Source of the DNA: Candidatus Nanohaloarchaea archaeon
GTDB taxonomy: Archaea; Nanohalarchaeota; Nanosalinia; Nanosalinales; Nanosalinaceae
DNA: 12,153 nt
Direction: 5' to 3'
NCBI GenBank assembly: GCA_042217585.1
Contig: JBDGSJ010000037.1
Coordinates: forward strand, 1-12,153
The notes below the pieces were generated by a model. That model was not told where the DNA came from and ran no database searches. It was given only the letters and a program-made list of their open reading frames with translations. The translations under genes were made by a program, and so were the position numbers. Shown piece by piece: positions 1 to 7,601 of this stretch. The stretch's first letter is position 1. Every line of letters starts with the position of its first letter.

Positions 1-59
1 GGGATGAGATGGACATAGAGAAGATCGACCTGCCGGAGAACGTGAGGGAACACCTGTGA
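1..59 (+). CDS. 3' end of a small hypothetical protein, paralog of 116..403 (5'-truncated by window edge)
   Basis: Frame from nt 3 reads DEMDIEKIDLPENVREHL-TGA(57-59). It matches the C-terminus of 116..403 (DEVDTEGIELPDNLSEHL) at 11 of 18 residues with the stop in the same position. Confidence 0.85.
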   Translation, partial: DEMDIEKIDLPENVREHL

Positions 60-115
60 ACCGGTTGGAATAATGTATCAGAAGTTTTTCTATACGCCCG
101 GGAGAATGTTTCCTT

Positions 116-403
116 ATGGCAGGATACAAGGAAGCGATAGAAGTGGCTATCGGGAAGGAGATGGAAACTCTCGGGAAGGAAAAGGCTATCGAGATAGCCC
201 GGGACACCAGCGACCTCAGCGTGGATGAAGACGGAAACGTGCTGCAGGTGAATGGTTCCGGGAAGGACGTACTGAGCGGTCTTGTGGAAAGTTACACGGA
301 CGTTACCGGTCCCGTGGCCTCCTCCCTCATCGCATACGAGCTGAGGGATGAAGTGGACACGGAAGGTATAGAGCTGCCTGATAACCTCAGTGAGCACCTC
401 TAA
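116..403 (+). CDS. Small acidic hypothetical protein (95 aa); resembles an uncharacterised family I recall near FIST/signalling genes in haloarchaea and CPR/DPANN
   Basis: ATG start, T-rich TATA-like element at 85-94, acidic composition, paralog immediately upstream. Pattern LG-x(3)-A-x(3)-AR...L-x-V-D-x-D-G-x-V...LV-x-x-Y...G-x-VA and C-terminal ELP-x-x-L. The family link is from memory. Confidence 0.85.
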   Translation: MAGYKEAIEVAIGKEMETLGKEKAIEIARDTSDLSVDEDGNVLQVNGSGKDVLSGLVESYTDVTGPVASSLIAYELRDEVDTEGIELPDNLSEHL

Positions 404-792
404 CCCTCTCTTTCGAACTCGGAGAGGCTCCTCTGCTTCTCCTCCTTCTCCTCCATGTAGAAGTTGTACTCCCTCGCGATCCACCTTGTCAGCATGTTGA
501 CTATCGCCTCCACATGTGACTCGGTGAGGTCTCTTCCAGCCGGGACCCTGTGTGCCCGGGAGAGTTTCACTCGGGAATCCGCGTGACATGCATGCATGGC
601 CTTGTAGACCGGGTTGCCAGCCCTTGGAGTCTCCTTCCCTTCCCGGCCCGACTCTCCCGAAAGCTTGTCCCTGACTATCTCCCGGGCCTGCTCCTTTACC
701 CCTCCTATGCCTATCTCTCTGATCAGCTCTATGTCCTCCTCGTCCAGAGTCGGCTTGTCGGGTCCGCGCCCCGGGAGTTCAAGTTTTCTCAC
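400..792 (-). CDS. DUF4186-family protein (divergent) with C-terminal PIP-box-like motif
   Basis: GKETPRAGNPVYKAMHA...HRVPAGRDLTESHVEAIVNMLTRWI aligns by eye to the DUF4186 consensus GKQTP-x-x-GHPVF-x-AQHA...P-x-G-x-x-LT...IV-x-x-L-x-x-WI. GTG start with TTAAAA on the minus strand about 24-29 nt upstream. Overlaps the stop of the convergent gene by 4 nt. Confidence 0.8.
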   Translation of the reverse strand: MRKLELPGRGPDKPTLDEEDIELIREIGIGGVKEQAREIVRDKLSGESGREGKETPRAGNPVYKAMHACHADSRVKLSRAHRVPAGRDLTESHVEAIVNMLTRWIAREYNFYMEEKEEKQRSLSEFEREG

Positions 793-916
793 AGGACCGA
801 ATGGATATTCGAAAGTTTTAAGAATAGCCTGAGCCCGGGACTTCCCTGTAAGGAATCTTCCACTTTTCTACTAGAGGATTTTAAATCCGGGCAGATTTCA
901 TCTTCAAACGTTTATT

Positions 917-2110
917 ATGGCTACCGAGATGGGCACGGCGATAGAAAAAGAGGATTCGGCCGAGAAAACCGCAAGAAAAGCTGTTTCTGAGGCAGAGAAG
1001 GGTTTAAACTCCGGGCAACCAGATTTCGCGGTCCTTTTCGTATCGCCCGAGTACGACGTGGATGAGGTCCTCGAGGTGGTGAAAGAAGCCTCGGGGGCGC
1101 CGAAGGTGATAGGCTGTACCTCGGCCGGCGAGTTCACGGAGAAGGAAGTGAAGGAGGGATCTCTGGCCCTGGCCCTGATAAGCTCGGACCAGATGAAGTT
1201 CTTCACCGCGATCGGTTCGGGCATATCCGGGGACCCGCATTCAGCCGTTCAGGAGGCTGCCTCACAGTTACCTGACGAGGTCGAGGACCATCCCCACATG
1301 GCGGGTATAAACCTTCACGACGGCCTCAGAGGTGTCGGCGAGACCGTATCCCAGTTCGCGTACTTCGAGAAGAAGGTCCCCTTCGCCGGGGGTTCCGCCG
1401 CGGACGACCTGAAGATGGAGGAGACCCGGGTCCTGACCGAGGAAGGATCCGAGACCGATGCGGTGGCGCTCGCGGTCATCGCCTCGGAGAAACCGTTCTC
1501 CTTCGCGGTCGGACACGGCCACAGCCCGCTTTCCGACGGTCTCGAGGTCACCGACGCCGATGGCAGCACGATCAACGAACTTGAGGGAAGACCGGCCATA
1601 GAGGTCTGGAGGGACGTGATAGAGGAGAAGGCGCGTGAACAGTTCGGGATAGACGTCAGGGATCTCGGTGAAGAGGAGTTCAAGAAACTGCTGCTGATGT
1701 ACGAGCTGGGGATCGAGACCGGCGACGGAGAGTACAGGGTCCGGTGGCCGGGTCTGACAGCGGGGAAGCACGGACTGGACGGACCGATCGAGCTCGCCGT
1801 CAGGATCGAGGAGGGAACCGAGGTCCATGTGATGTCGACGACTCACCGGGAGGAGATCGAGAGCACGGGCAGGGTCGCTTCAAGGGCCAGGGAGGAGATG
1901 GACTCCTGGTCCGGAGCCCTGGTGTTCGACTGCGTGTGCCACGCCAGTATACTTGAGGATGACTTCGGGGAAGCGACCCATCGTATACGGGACGAACTCG
2001 AGTCACCTTTCGCAGGTTTCGAGAGCTACGGTGAGGTCTGCCATTCGGACCAGGCGAAGATAAGGGGTTACCACAACACGACCACCTCTCTCCTGCTGTT
2101 CCCCGACTGA
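917..2110 (+). CDS. Stand-alone FIST (FIST_N + FIST_C) signal-transduction/sensor protein
   Basis: Family motifs VIGCTSAGEF, FAGGSAADD, GHGH-x-P, INELEGRPA, FDCVC, GFESYGE and HNTT. No kinase, GGDEF or MCP output domain is appended. Confidence 0.93.
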   Translation: MATEMGTAIEKEDSAEKTARKAVSEAEKGLNSGQPDFAVLFVSPEYDVDEVLEVVKEASGAPKVIGCTSAGEFTEKEVKEGSLALALISSDQMKFFTAIGSGISGDPHSAVQEAASQLPDEVEDHPHMAGINLHDGLRGVGETVSQFAYFEKKVPFAGGSAADDLKMEETRVLTEEGSETDAVALAVIASEKPFSFAVGHGHSPLSDGLEVTDADGSTINELEGRPAIEVWRDVIEEKAREQFGIDVRDLGEEEFKKLLLMYELGIETGDGEYRVRWPGLTAGKHGLDGPIELAVRIEEGTEVHVMSTTHREEIESTGRVASRAREEMDSWSGALVFDCVCHASILEDDFGEATHRIRDELESPFAGFESYGEVCHSDQAKIRGYHNTTTSLLLFPD

Positions 2111-2155
2111 GGCTCGTCGGGAGTCCATATAACTTTTTCCTTTCTCTATTTCCGT

Positions 2156-3352
2156 ATGGCCTACAGAATCGGTCTGGTGGGTAAGCCTTCCGTCGGCAAG
2201 TCGACTTTCTTCAACGCGGCGACGATGAACAGCATCGACGAGGGCGACTACCCCTTCACGACCATAGATCCCTCCGTGGGGGAGGCTTATGTCCGGGTGG
2301 ACTGCGCCGCTCCGGATTTCGGGGAGAGCTGTGACCCGAGGGTCGGTTTCTGCGAGGACGGGACCCGGTTCGTGCCGGTGAAACTTGTCGACGTCGCCGG
2401 CCTGATACCCGGTGCACACGAGGGGAAGGGACTCGGCAACCAGTTCCTGACGGACCTCAACGAGGCTGACGTCCTGATACACATAGTGGATTTCTCCGGG
2501 GAGACCGATATAGAGGGCGAGCCGACGGAGGGCCACGACCCGAGGGAGGACATCGACTTCCTCGAGGAAGAGCTGGACATGTGGTACCTGGAAATACTGG
2601 AGAAAGGTATCCAGAGGTTCGAGAACAAGCGACAGCAGAAAGAGGTCAAGCTCGAGGAGGAGCTGGCGGATCAGATGTCCGCCTTCAGGACCGGCAAGAA
2701 CGAGATAAAGCAGATAATACTTTCGCTCGGCCTGGAGCTCGATCCGGACGGCTGGGAAAAAGACCAGAGGAAGGAGCTGGCGCGTGAGATAAGGAAGGAG
2801 ACCAAGCCGATGGTGATCGCGGCGAACAAGATGGATATGGAGAAGGCACAGGAGAACTACAGGGAGATAACCTCGGACCCGGAGTACGAGCACCTTGACA
2901 TCGTCCCCTGCTCGGCCCATGCCGAGAAGGCACTGAAGAACGCCGCGGAGCAGGGAGCCGTCGACTACACACCCGGCGAGGAAGATTTCGAGGTCCTCGA
3001 GGACCTTCCCCCGGAGAAGGAGCAGGGGCTGGAGGACATACGGGATTTCATCGAGGAGTACGGCGGCACAGGGGTCCAGAGGGCGATGGAGACCGCGCTC
3101 TTCGACGAGCTCGGCGTGATGGCGGTCTTCCCGGGAGGAGCCGACGGCCTGGGGGATGAGAAAGGGAACATCCTGCCGGACTGCTTCCTTGTCCCGGAGG
3201 GCTCGACCGCGGAGGACTTCGCCTACAGCATCCACTCGGACCTCGGCGAGGGTTTCCTCCATGCGATCGACTGCAGGGAGGACCGGCAAATAGGTGCGGA
3301 CCACGAACTGGAGCATCTGGATGTCGTCGAGATCGTGTCGGCGAACCAGTAA
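2156..3352 (+). CDS. ychF: Archaeal YchF/Obg-family translation-associated GTPase with C-terminal TGS domain
   Basis: G1 GKPSVGKST, G2 YPFTTIDP, G3 DVAG(LIPGAHEGKGLGNQFL), G4 NKMD, G5 SA, and TGS segment GSTAEDFAYSIHSDLGEGF. Confidence 0.96.
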   Translation: MAYRIGLVGKPSVGKSTFFNAATMNSIDEGDYPFTTIDPSVGEAYVRVDCAAPDFGESCDPRVGFCEDGTRFVPVKLVDVAGLIPGAHEGKGLGNQFLTDLNEADVLIHIVDFSGETDIEGEPTEGHDPREDIDFLEEELDMWYLEILEKGIQRFENKRQQKEVKLEEELADQMSAFRTGKNEIKQIILSLGLELDPDGWEKDQRKELAREIRKETKPMVIAANKMDMEKAQENYREITSDPEYEHLDIVPCSAHAEKALKNAAEQGAVDYTPGEEDFEVLEDLPPEKEQGLEDIRDFIEEYGGTGVQRAMETALFDELGVMAVFPGGADGLGDEKGNILPDCFLVPEGSTAEDFAYSIHSDLGEGFLHAIDCREDRQIGADHELEHLDVVEIVSANQ

Positions 3353-3415
3353 AGTTTTTCTGTTCTCTGGGAGAGCGCTCTAATCTTTTTATTCGGATGA
3401 CTGTATACTGGGACT

Positions 3416-3958
3416 ATGGCCCTGAGTCTGCTCTCTATATCGCTCCTGTTCCTGACTTTCGTCGTCGGGTTTTTCCTGCAGTCGGTTCTCATCCATTTCA
3501 CCGCGAAGCAGGTTATCCCTAAGCATCACCAGGAGCCCATCACTCCCTTCGCGGCCATGAAGGTCTCAGGTTTCTTCTTCCTGGTCAACGTGGTATTCTA
3601 TATCTTCATGTGGCTGATAGGCAAGACCCTGAAGGCAGGAGTAAAAACCGGGATGAAAACAGGAGGTTCAGCGGCCAGCGTCTCCTTTTACGCGGGTGTC
3701 ATAGCTGGATTGCTGATAATCGCTGGACTGCTTTTCTCGCTAGTGCTGTACGCCCGTGACGTCTACGAGACCTCGGTCCTTTACGCGTTGGTTATAGTGC
3801 TGATCCCTCTGCTGCTCACCACGACGTACTTCCTGTACCAGTTCTGGACAGCAGTCAAGGCCGGACTATACATGCTCAATATCGTCAAGACTTACAGCGC
3901 CTCCAAGGCAGCGGTACTGCTGGGATTGGTGAAGGTGCTCCAAGAGGGAGATCAGTAG
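3416..3958 (+). CDS. Multi-pass membrane hypothetical protein (about 4-5 TM), possibly Yip1-like
   Basis: Several long hydrophobic stretches and TTTTTAT about 24-30 nt before the ATG. The Yip1-like spacing (LIHFTAK...YARDVYETSVLYALVIVLIP) is only a weak impression. Confidence 0.75.
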   Translation: MALSLLSISLLFLTFVVGFFLQSVLIHFTAKQVIPKHHQEPITPFAAMKVSGFFFLVNVVFYIFMWLIGKTLKAGVKTGMKTGGSAASVSFYAGVIAGLLIIAGLLFSLVLYARDVYETSVLYALVIVLIPLLLTTTYFLYQFWTAVKAGLYMLNIVKTYSASKAAVLLGLVKVLQEGDQ

Positions 3959-4470
3959 ACCTCCGAGACCTCCCGGACGATCTCGCCGGCGGAGCTGTCC
4001 TCCACGGTCTCGGGGAAAAGCTCCTCGAAGACCTGCGGACCCCATTCGCTGGAGAAAACCCTGACCCGGGGGAAGCCCTCCTTCTCGTCGTAGGCGACCT
4101 TCGCGCCGTTCAGGTTGACCTGTATCAGGGAGTACTCCGACCACCGGTCCTTCCCCCTCCATTCAGCCACCGGGTCATAGACGTACTCGTTGGAGAGCTC
4201 GACGTGATCGTCGTCCGCGTCCCGGACCCTTCCCTTCTCCCTCACCATCTCAAGGCCGGGGTCCTGTGACAGCGGGTAGAGGGGTTCGATGGCGTCAAGG
4301 AGCTGTCTGAAGTCGGAGTCCGCCTCCCACTCGTACACCTCGAGGTTGTCGTATTCACGGACCTCGGCCCATGAGTCTTCATCCCCGAAGACCGCCCTGG
4401 ACTCGTATCTTTTATTGGGGGATCGCTCCAGCTGGGAAAGGTAATCCAGTCCTCCGGACTCAGAGCTCAC
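3952..4470 (-). CDS. Acidic hypothetical protein (172 aa)
   Basis: D/E-rich like the other real genes. GTG start with TTAAAT on the minus strand about 24-29 nt upstream. Convergent 7-nt overlap with the previous gene. No recognisable motif. Confidence 0.8.
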   Translation of the reverse strand: MSSESGGLDYLSQLERSPNKRYESRAVFGDEDSWAEVREYDNLEVYEWEADSDFRQLLDAIEPLYPLSQDPGLEMVREKGRVRDADDDHVELSNEYVYDPVAEWRGKDRWSEYSLIQVNLNGAKVAYDEKEGFPRVRVFSSEWGPQVFEELFPETVEDSSAGEIVREVSEVY

Positions 4471-4558
4471 GGCCAGACCATTGGGTGCTCGAAATTTAAG
4501 TGCGTTGGGCGGCTGACGGACGAAAACTTATTGAGTGGTGGCCGCCAAAACAGGTGTG

Positions 4559-5302
4559 ATGCTGGGAAGACAGCACCTTATGCTATCGCTGGGGACCGCC
4601 GCCGCAGTCCTCCCTGCTTTCCTTCCACAGCACGGTGTCGAGGTCCTGGTCTCGCTGCTTGGTGTCGGGGTAGGCTCTTTGATACCGGACATCGACTCAC
4701 CGGATGCGGCGGTCTTCCACTCGGATCTGAAAGGTCTGGACCACGGCACGGGGAGGCTTGTAAACGACTTCATAGGGCCTGTACTGCCGCTCTTCGGCTA
4801 CCTGACCCGTTACCTGATCTACAGGCCTTCGCTGGGTCTCTACGACCATGTGCTGTTGAGGGGTTACGACTTCGGTCACGGGCACAGGGCGTTCTCCCAC
4901 TCCATCCTCGGCGTCGCCACGATCACCGGCCTTACCGGGTTCTACCTCCTCTGGCCGGTCCTCCAGCTCGGGATAGGGCCGGGATACCTGGCCGTATTCC
5001 TGGCCTCCTACGGATCGGGAATGTTCCTCCACCTGTTCCAGGACAGCGCGACCCGTTCCGGGATCGCCTGGAACTCACCTTTCTCCGACTTCATGGTGCG
5101 GGGAGAGCTTGTCACCGGGAGAAGCATGAGAAGACCGCGTCTCATGCTTTACGTCCTTGCTGCTATCTCGATTGCGTCCCTCTACTTCTCCCTCCACGCC
5201 ACAAACATCCCGCAGTTAACAGTTATCTCAGGTTCCGCCTCTCTGACAGCCGGTGCGTGGGTCCTTTTCATGGTCCTTGGCGCAGAAGCCGGGTTCTCCT
5301 GA
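4559..5302 (+). CDS. YdjM-like membrane-bound metal-dependent hydrolase (PF04307 type)
   Basis: Motifs M-x-G-x-x-H, GSLIPDID, HRAFSHS, HLFQD-x-x-T-x-x-G plus TM helices. ATG 4559 is preferred over GTG 4535 because the family begins MxGxxH and AAAACTTATT (4523-4532) lies at promoter distance. Confidence 0.9.
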   Translation: MLGRQHLMLSLGTAAAVLPAFLPQHGVEVLVSLLGVGVGSLIPDIDSPDAAVFHSDLKGLDHGTGRLVNDFIGPVLPLFGYLTRYLIYRPSLGLYDHVLLRGYDFGHGHRAFSHSILGVATITGLTGFYLLWPVLQLGIGPGYLAVFLASYGSGMFLHLFQDSATRSGIAWNSPFSDFMVRGELVTGRSMRRPRLMLYVLAAISIASLYFSLHATNIPQLTVISGSASLTAGAWVLFMVLGAEAGFS

Positions 5303-5345
5303 ACGTTCGTTGAAAAAATAAAAAAGATGGCACCGGTCCTTAGAT

Positions 5346-6560
5346 GTGGAGAAATCTGAAGTAATACAGACGCTCTTCATAACGGTCGTCGCAGAAGTGA
5401 TCAGCTTCGGTGTCATCATACCCCTGGTGCCTCTGCTCTTCACCGAGCCATCATCGAAGTTCTACATACTTTCACAGGCTGCCTCACAGGGGATGGGATA
5501 CGTGCTCCTGGGCGTGACTATAGGTCTGTACCCGCTCGCCCAGTTCCTCAGCACCCCCCTGCTGGGAGAACTGAGCGACGTCTACGGGCGAAAGAGTGTG
5601 ATGCAGCTGTCGGTCCTCGGCACGGTCGTGGCGAGCGTGGTGTTCGCCCTCGGTATAATGATGGAGAGCGTCGCGGTCCTGTTCGCCTCCAGGTTCGTGA
5701 ACGGGCTTACAGGAGGACTTATCTCGGTGGGTCAGGCGACCATAGCGGATGTATCGGAGGAATCAGAGAAATCCAGGGGATTCGGACTGCTGGGGGCGGC
5801 ATTCGGACTCGGCTTCATGTTCGGACCTTTCCTCGGAGGACTTCTTTCATCGGACATGATGGCGGTGTTCGGGGCTTCAACACCTCTCTGGTTCGCCGCG
5901 GGGCTCTCGACTTTGAGCCTCATGTTCATAACCTGGAGGCTCGAGGAGACCAGTCCCATGGAGAAGTCGAAGATCCGGTGGACGAAACCTTTCAGCCAGC
6001 TCAGGAAGGGCCTTGCGATACCAGGTATAAGAAAGCTCCTTGGGGCCAACTTCTTCTACTTCTCGGGCTTCGCGTTCTTCACCACCTTCGTCCCTGTCTT
6101 CCTCGTGGAGAGGTTCGGCTTCAGCCAGGTCCAGACCGGCGGCTTTTTCTTCTACATAGGGGTCCTGTCGATAATCGGTCAGGGCTACATCGTTCCAAAA
6201 GGACTGGACCGTTTCAGGGAGGAGAGGGTCATGCCGGTGGCGCTGTTCCTTACAGGCTTCTTCATCTTCCTGCAGCCGCTATCCCCGGTCTTCTTGGTCT
6301 TCATCGCGGCGGTCACGCTTTTTTCCCTCAGCAATTCTTTCACCACTATCTCGCTGAACACTCTCGTATCGAAAAAGAGTCCGGACAGGGACCAGGGCCT
6401 CGCTCTCGGGACCAACCAGAGCCTCCGCGCCCTCGGGAACGCAGGACCTTCTATGCTCTCAGGGGTCGCAGCCGCGGTCCTCGCCGCACAGGCGCCGCTT
6501 TTCATCGCAGGCATCATCATAATGTCCGCGGCGATAGGATACCACGTTCTGGAGCAGTGA
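5346..6560 (+). CDS. MFS transporter, DHA1/TetA-like drug:H+ antiporter family
   Basis: About 12 hydrophobic segments, motif A (GELSDVYGRK), motif B (SRFVNG), antiporter motif C (GAAFGLGFMFGPFLGG) and QGLALG in the C-terminal half. Confidence 0.93.
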   Translation: MEKSEVIQTLFITVVAEVISFGVIIPLVPLLFTEPSSKFYILSQAASQGMGYVLLGVTIGLYPLAQFLSTPLLGELSDVYGRKSVMQLSVLGTVVASVVFALGIMMESVAVLFASRFVNGLTGGLISVGQATIADVSEESEKSRGFGLLGAAFGLGFMFGPFLGGLLSSDMMAVFGASTPLWFAAGLSTLSLMFITWRLEETSPMEKSKIRWTKPFSQLRKGLAIPGIRKLLGANFFYFSGFAFFTTFVPVFLVERFGFSQVQTGGFFFYIGVLSIIGQGYIVPKGLDRFREERVMPVALFLTGFFIFLQPLSPVFLVFIAAVTLFSLSNSFTTISLNTLVSKKSPDRDQGLALGTNQSLRALGNAGPSMLSGVAAAVLAAQAPLFIAGIIIMSAAIGYHVLEQ

Positions 6561-6593
6561 TGATTTTTCAGTTCCGGGAACTATCTTTCGGTC

Positions 6594-7010
6594 ATGGCGG
6601 AGGCAGAGTCCTGTGAACCGGGCCGGACCTATCCCGTACACCTGTACGATGGGGATCACGTGACCGCGGAGTTCACGGTCCACGCGCTGGAAACCGGAGG
6701 ACTTCCTCTTGACGAGGAACTCCGCGAGAAGAGGAGGGATGCACGGGACCTCTTCGACTACCTCCTGGAGTACAGGGAGGGTTCGGTGCCCCGGATGCCC
6801 GAAGAGTACAGCGATCCTGCCGACGCGGGAGAGCTCGCCGAACTGGCCTCCGGGGATTTGGACCCCGAGATCCACGATGTCACCACGCCCGAGATATACC
6901 ACTCCGTGATGTACGCGCTGGAGGAGATCGCAGAGGAGGCAGGCGCCGCTGAACAGCTACTTGAACCCGGACTGGAGGCCGCGGTGAGGGATCACCTGAG
7001 TCAGGACTAA
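6594..7010 (+). CDS. Acidic hypothetical protein (138 aa)
   Basis: D/E-rich ORF filling the gap between the MFS and nuclease genes. ATG start. No recognisable motif. Confidence 0.8.
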   Translation: MAEAESCEPGRTYPVHLYDGDHVTAEFTVHALETGGLPLDEELREKRRDARDLFDYLLEYREGSVPRMPEEYSDPADAGELAELASGDLDPEIHDVTTPEIYHSVMYALEEIAEEAGAAEQLLEPGLEAAVRDHLSQD

Positions 7011-7035
7011 ATAGCCCGGTGCTAAATACCGTCAC

Positions 7036-7599
7036 ATGGAGGAGCGCGACATCACCCGGACCGAGGAGATCGCGCGGCAGGTACTGGAAAGCAACTTCGA
7101 CAACGTCCTCCGGACCACGCCGAACACCATACAGGAGTTCCAGGAGGAGTACCCGAAGATCTGTGACGAGGTAAGCCGCAGGGTCCGCGCACAGGGAGTC
7201 GAGGAGCTCGGTAACGCATTCAGGCCGGGAGTCCCGGACTTCCTCGCCTTCGACGATACCGGAGAATACCTGTTCGTCGAGGTGAAGGGTGAGGGTGACG
7301 GCCTGAGGCATTCACAGCTGAAATGGTTCAGGGATTTCCGGGAGGTGAACGCCGAGATATGGTTCACCGACTCCAACGAGGGGGTCACGGAGAAGATGGA
7401 GTCGGGGAGGCTCGAAGCCTACTCCCTGAAAAAGCCCGACTCCGCGGACAGCGGCGAATCAGAGGTCCTCGATGGAGAACGGGGGTTCTTAAACGTGCAG
7501 ATCCCCGAGACACTCGGCGCAGTGATGGAGATGGAGCCCGGCGACACCGTTTCATGGTCCATAAAGGACCGCTCAACCCTTGAACTCGACACCGACTGA
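7036..7599 (+). CDS. VRR-NUC (PD-(D/E)XK) nuclease fused to a C-terminal AbrB/MazE/SpoVT-like domain
   Basis: GVPDFLAF...LFVEVKGEGDGLRHSQLKW is the VRR-NUC/FAN1-type signature. C-terminal LNVQIPETLGAVMEMEPGDTVSW matches the AbrB pattern V-x-IP-x(8)-(E/K)-x-GD-x-V-x-W. Confidence 0.88.
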   Translation: MEERDITRTEEIARQVLESNFDNVLRTTPNTIQEFQEEYPKICDEVSRRVRAQGVEELGNAFRPGVPDFLAFDDTGEYLFVEVKGEGDGLRHSQLKWFRDFREVNAEIWFTDSNEGVTEKMESGRLEAYSLKKPDSADSGESEVLDGERGFLNVQIPETLGAVMEMEPGDTVSWSIKDRSTLELDTD

Positions 7600-7601
7600 G
7601 C

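Noticed and set aside
1930..1942. CVCH in FIST as a c-type heme attachment site
   Set aside because: Heme c needs CxxCH; this is CxCH in a protein with no export signal.
2820..2840. NKMD (GTP-type G4) in YchF rather than the ATP-type NxxE
   Set aside because: Normal for the archaeal subfamily, as is the Cys-containing insert after G2; not novel.
2003..3316. 437-aa minus-strand ORF and other long antisense or alternate-frame ORFs (e.g. 1268..1846, 4531..5313, 5978..6616, 9906..10499)
   Set aside because: Shadow ORFs overlapping better-supported genes. They lack motifs and the acidic composition, as expected in GC-rich DNA.
3372..3381. 10-bp palindrome AGAGCGCTCT between ychF and the membrane gene
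   Set aside because: Single short palindrome with no second copy seen; compatible with chance.
5346..6560. Calling the MFS gene tetA / antibiotic resistance
   Set aside because: Only family-level motifs are visible, with no TetR or mobile context; substrate cannot be inferred.
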